From the NCBI GenBank assembly GCA_021325295.1, contig JAJPHM010000027.1:1-24000 (forward strand): a stretch of 24,000 bases of DNA. The letters run 5' to 3'. The translations under genes and the position numbers were made by a program. This DNA comes from Nitrososphaeraceae archaeon. Lineage in GTDB: Archaea; Thermoproteota; Nitrososphaeria; Nitrososphaerales; Nitrososphaeraceae. Shown piece after piece: positions 22,296 to 24,000 of this stretch; the stretch's first letter is position 1; every line of letters starts with the position of its first letter. The notes below the pieces were generated by a model. It was given only the letters and a program-made list of their open reading frames with translations, did no database searches and was not told where the DNA came from.

Positions 22296-24000
22296 ATGGA
22301 ACCTAAAATTCAGGCTAAATCATGGGATCCTAGGATAGAGAAGGACATTCTGCAGAAATGGCACGAGAGCAATATCTATAAATTTTCAGTTGAAAAGAGC
22401 AAGCCGGCATTTGTCATTGATACGCCGCCACCTTACCCTTCAGGCAGACCTTGGCACATAGGAGCTGCAGCTCACTATGCCCAGATCGACATGATAGCCA
22501 GGACGGCCAGAATGTCCGGCAACAACGTCCTCTTCCCTATAGGCATTGATAGAAACGGTCTGCCAGTCGAGATCTATACAGAAAAAAAATACAAGATCCG
22601 GATGCGCCAGATGGATAGAGAAAAGTTTCTTGATCTTTGCAGGGTGGCCCTAGATGACCTTGAGGCAGAGATGATTCAGATAATGAAGGCCATGGGTCTC
22701 AGCGGCAATTTTGCAGAGTATTACAGGACAGACTCGCCAGAATTCCGCGCTCTGACCCAGAGCACCTTTATAGAACTCTGGAATAGGGGTCTGGTATACC
22801 TTGCAAACAGACCAAACAACTACTGCCCCGATTGCGGCACCACAATAGCAGATGCAGAAATAACCTATGATGATATTCCAACAAAGCTGGTCTACATGAA
22901 GTTCAAGGTCAAAGAGACCGGCCAGCATATTCTGATAGCTTCTACAAGGCCTGAGCTTTTGTTTGCATGCCAGTCGGTGATTGTCAACCCTGACGACGGG
23001 CGATACACAGGACTCCAAGGTATGACTGCCGAAATCCCGCTGTTTGGAAGACAGGTTCCAATAAGACCGCACCACTCGGCCAAGCCTGAATTTGGCTCAG
23101 GCGCGGTAATGGTATGCAGCTATGGAGACCAGAACGACGTGCAGTTGTTCAGAGAGTTTGGGCTAAAAGAGATCGTCGCCCTCAACGAATCAGGCATCAC
23201 CACATCCGAAGCAGGCAGATATGCGGATCTGCGGGTGAACCAGGCGAGGGCAAAGATAATTGAAGACCTCAAACAGGCAGGGCTTGTTGAGAAGGAAGAG
23301 GACATTATGCACAGGACGCCATTGTGCGAGCGGAGCAAGACGCCCATAGAGATAATCCCGCTTCAGGACTATTACGTAAAGCAGCTGGATTTTATTCCAC
23401 GCATGAGAGAACTTGCAGCAGGCATAAGATTTCATCCCGAGATGCACAGGCAGATCCTGCTGAACTGGCTCAACTCAGTATCAATTGATTGGCCCGTGTC
23501 GAGGCGTCGGTTTTACGGGACAGAAATCCCAGTGTGGTTCTGCAACAGCTGCCACAAACCAAACCTGCCAGCTCCTGGCAGATACTACAGACCTTGGAAG
23601 GAAAAACCTCCCTTCGAAAAGTGCAGCTGCGGCGGATCAGAATTTACAGGCGAGGACAGGACCTTTGACACATGGATGGACTCGAGCATTACTCCACTCT
23701 TTGTAACAAAGTTTCAGAAGGATCCGGCTTTCAACGAGTATACCTACCCAACTGAAATCAGGCCGCAGGCCAAGGACATTATCAGGACATGGCTCCATTA
23801 CACGCTTTTGCGCTGCTTGCAGCTTACCGATAAATCACCTTGGTCTGATGCCTGGATAATGGGATATGGGGTAGACGAGCGCGGAGAGAAGATGAGCAAG
23901 AGCAAAGGAAACGTAATAGATCCCTTTCCTGTAATACAGCAATATGGCGCCGACACATTTAGGTTCTGGTCTGCCAGCGAGGCCAACCTTGGGTTTGACT
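22296..24000 (+). CDS. valS: Valyl-tRNA synthetase, N-terminal about 568 codons (3' end lies off the window)
   Basis: Hand translation shows an uninterrupted frame from ATG 22296 to the window edge. It contains MEPKIQAKSWDPRIEKDILQKWHE, PPPYPSGRPWHIGAAAH, VNPDDGRY, DWPVSRRRFYGTEIPVW, FDTWMDSS and EKMSKSKGN. It is absent from the ORF track only because no stop codon falls in the window. Confidence 0.8.
   Translation, partial: MEPKIQAKSWDPRIEKDILQKWHESNIYKFSVEKSKPAFVIDTPPPYPSGRPWHIGAAAHYAQIDMIARTARMSGNNVLFPIGIDRNGLPVEIYTEKKYKIRMRQMDREKFLDLCRVALDDLEAEMIQIMKAMGLSGNFAEYYRTDSPEFRALTQSTFIELWNRGLVYLANRPNNYCPDCGTTIADAEITYDDIPTKLVYMKFKVKETGQHILIASTRPELLFACQSVIVNPDDGRYTGLQGMTAEIPLFGRQVPIRPHHSAKPEFGSGAVMVCSYGDQNDVQLFREFGLKEIVALNESGITTSEAGRYADLRVNQARAKIIEDLKQAGLVEKEEDIMHRTPLCERSKTPIEIIPLQDYYVKQLDFIPRMRELAAGIRFHPEMHRQILLNWLNSVSIDWPVSRRRFYGTEIPVWFCNSCHKPNLPAPGRYYRPWKEKPPFEKCSCGGSEFTGEDRTFDTWMDSSITPLFVTKFQKDPAFNEYTYPTEIRPQAKDIIRTWLHYTLLRCLQLTDKSPWSDAWIMGYGVDERGEKMSKSKGNVIDPFPVIQQYGADTFRFWSASEANLGFD

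Noticed and set aside
22650-23447. Track ORFs on the minus strand (141, 63, 75 and 85 aa), the only ORFs listed for this region
   Set aside because: The plus strand carries an uninterrupted ValRS frame from 22296 to the window edge. The minus-strand ORFs are antisense artefacts.
1-24000. Search for CRISPR arrays, transposases or integrases, toxin-antitoxin pairs and known defence-gene signatures
   Set aside because: I saw no spaced direct repeats, no DDE, serine or tyrosine recombinase motifs, and no nuclease, helicase or ATPase defence-type ORFs. The window reads as core chromosome.

Overview
This is an archaeal chromosomal window that looks mostly like housekeeping DNA. The archaeal assignment rests on the topoisomerase VI A and B subunits, aIF-2 beta, an archaeal-type ValRS, and A/T-rich TATA-like boxes 24-31 nt upstream of many start codons, which implies leaderless or near-leaderless mRNAs. 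A Nitrososphaerota/Thaumarchaeota-like origin is only a guess.

Confident genes:
- top6B-top6A operon (12403-15691)
- SemiSWEET-pyrD-pyrK string with overlapping reading frames (9865-12062, minus strand)
- 575-aa radical SAM enzyme
- DUF72 protein
- SDR oxidoreductase
- HD phosphohydrolase
- CDF metal transporter
- PfkB sugar kinase
- DUF45/M48 (YgjP-like) hydrolase
- rhomboid protease
- malic enzyme
- wHTH regulator divergent from a thioredoxin
- aIF-2 beta
- orphan beta-class N4/N6 DNA methyltransferase
- valS, which runs off the right edge and is missing from the ORF track because it has no stop codon in the window

The left edge carries the 3' end of a ferredoxin-domain gene. I found no tRNA or rRNA, no CRISPR array, no transposase or integrase, and no recognisable defence island. 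I cannot support a coherent novel multi-gene system here.

The main items worth follow-up:
1. The conserved N-terminus of the malic enzyme has no in-frame start codon, while a promoter-positioned ATG sits one frame off.
2. Several small Cys-rich or zinc-ribbon ORFs fall below or outside the ORF track (1371-1541, 4472-4867, 19536-19700).
3. A patch of orphan genes lies at 19208-20292.
4. A GTCTAT hexamer array sits in the wHTH/thioredoxin divergent promoter.
5. Top6B carries lineage-specific extensions.
6. The orphan methyltransferase and the radical SAM enzyme both lack an assignable function.

Many ORF-track starts appear too far upstream. My revised starts come from family N-termini combined with TATA spacing.
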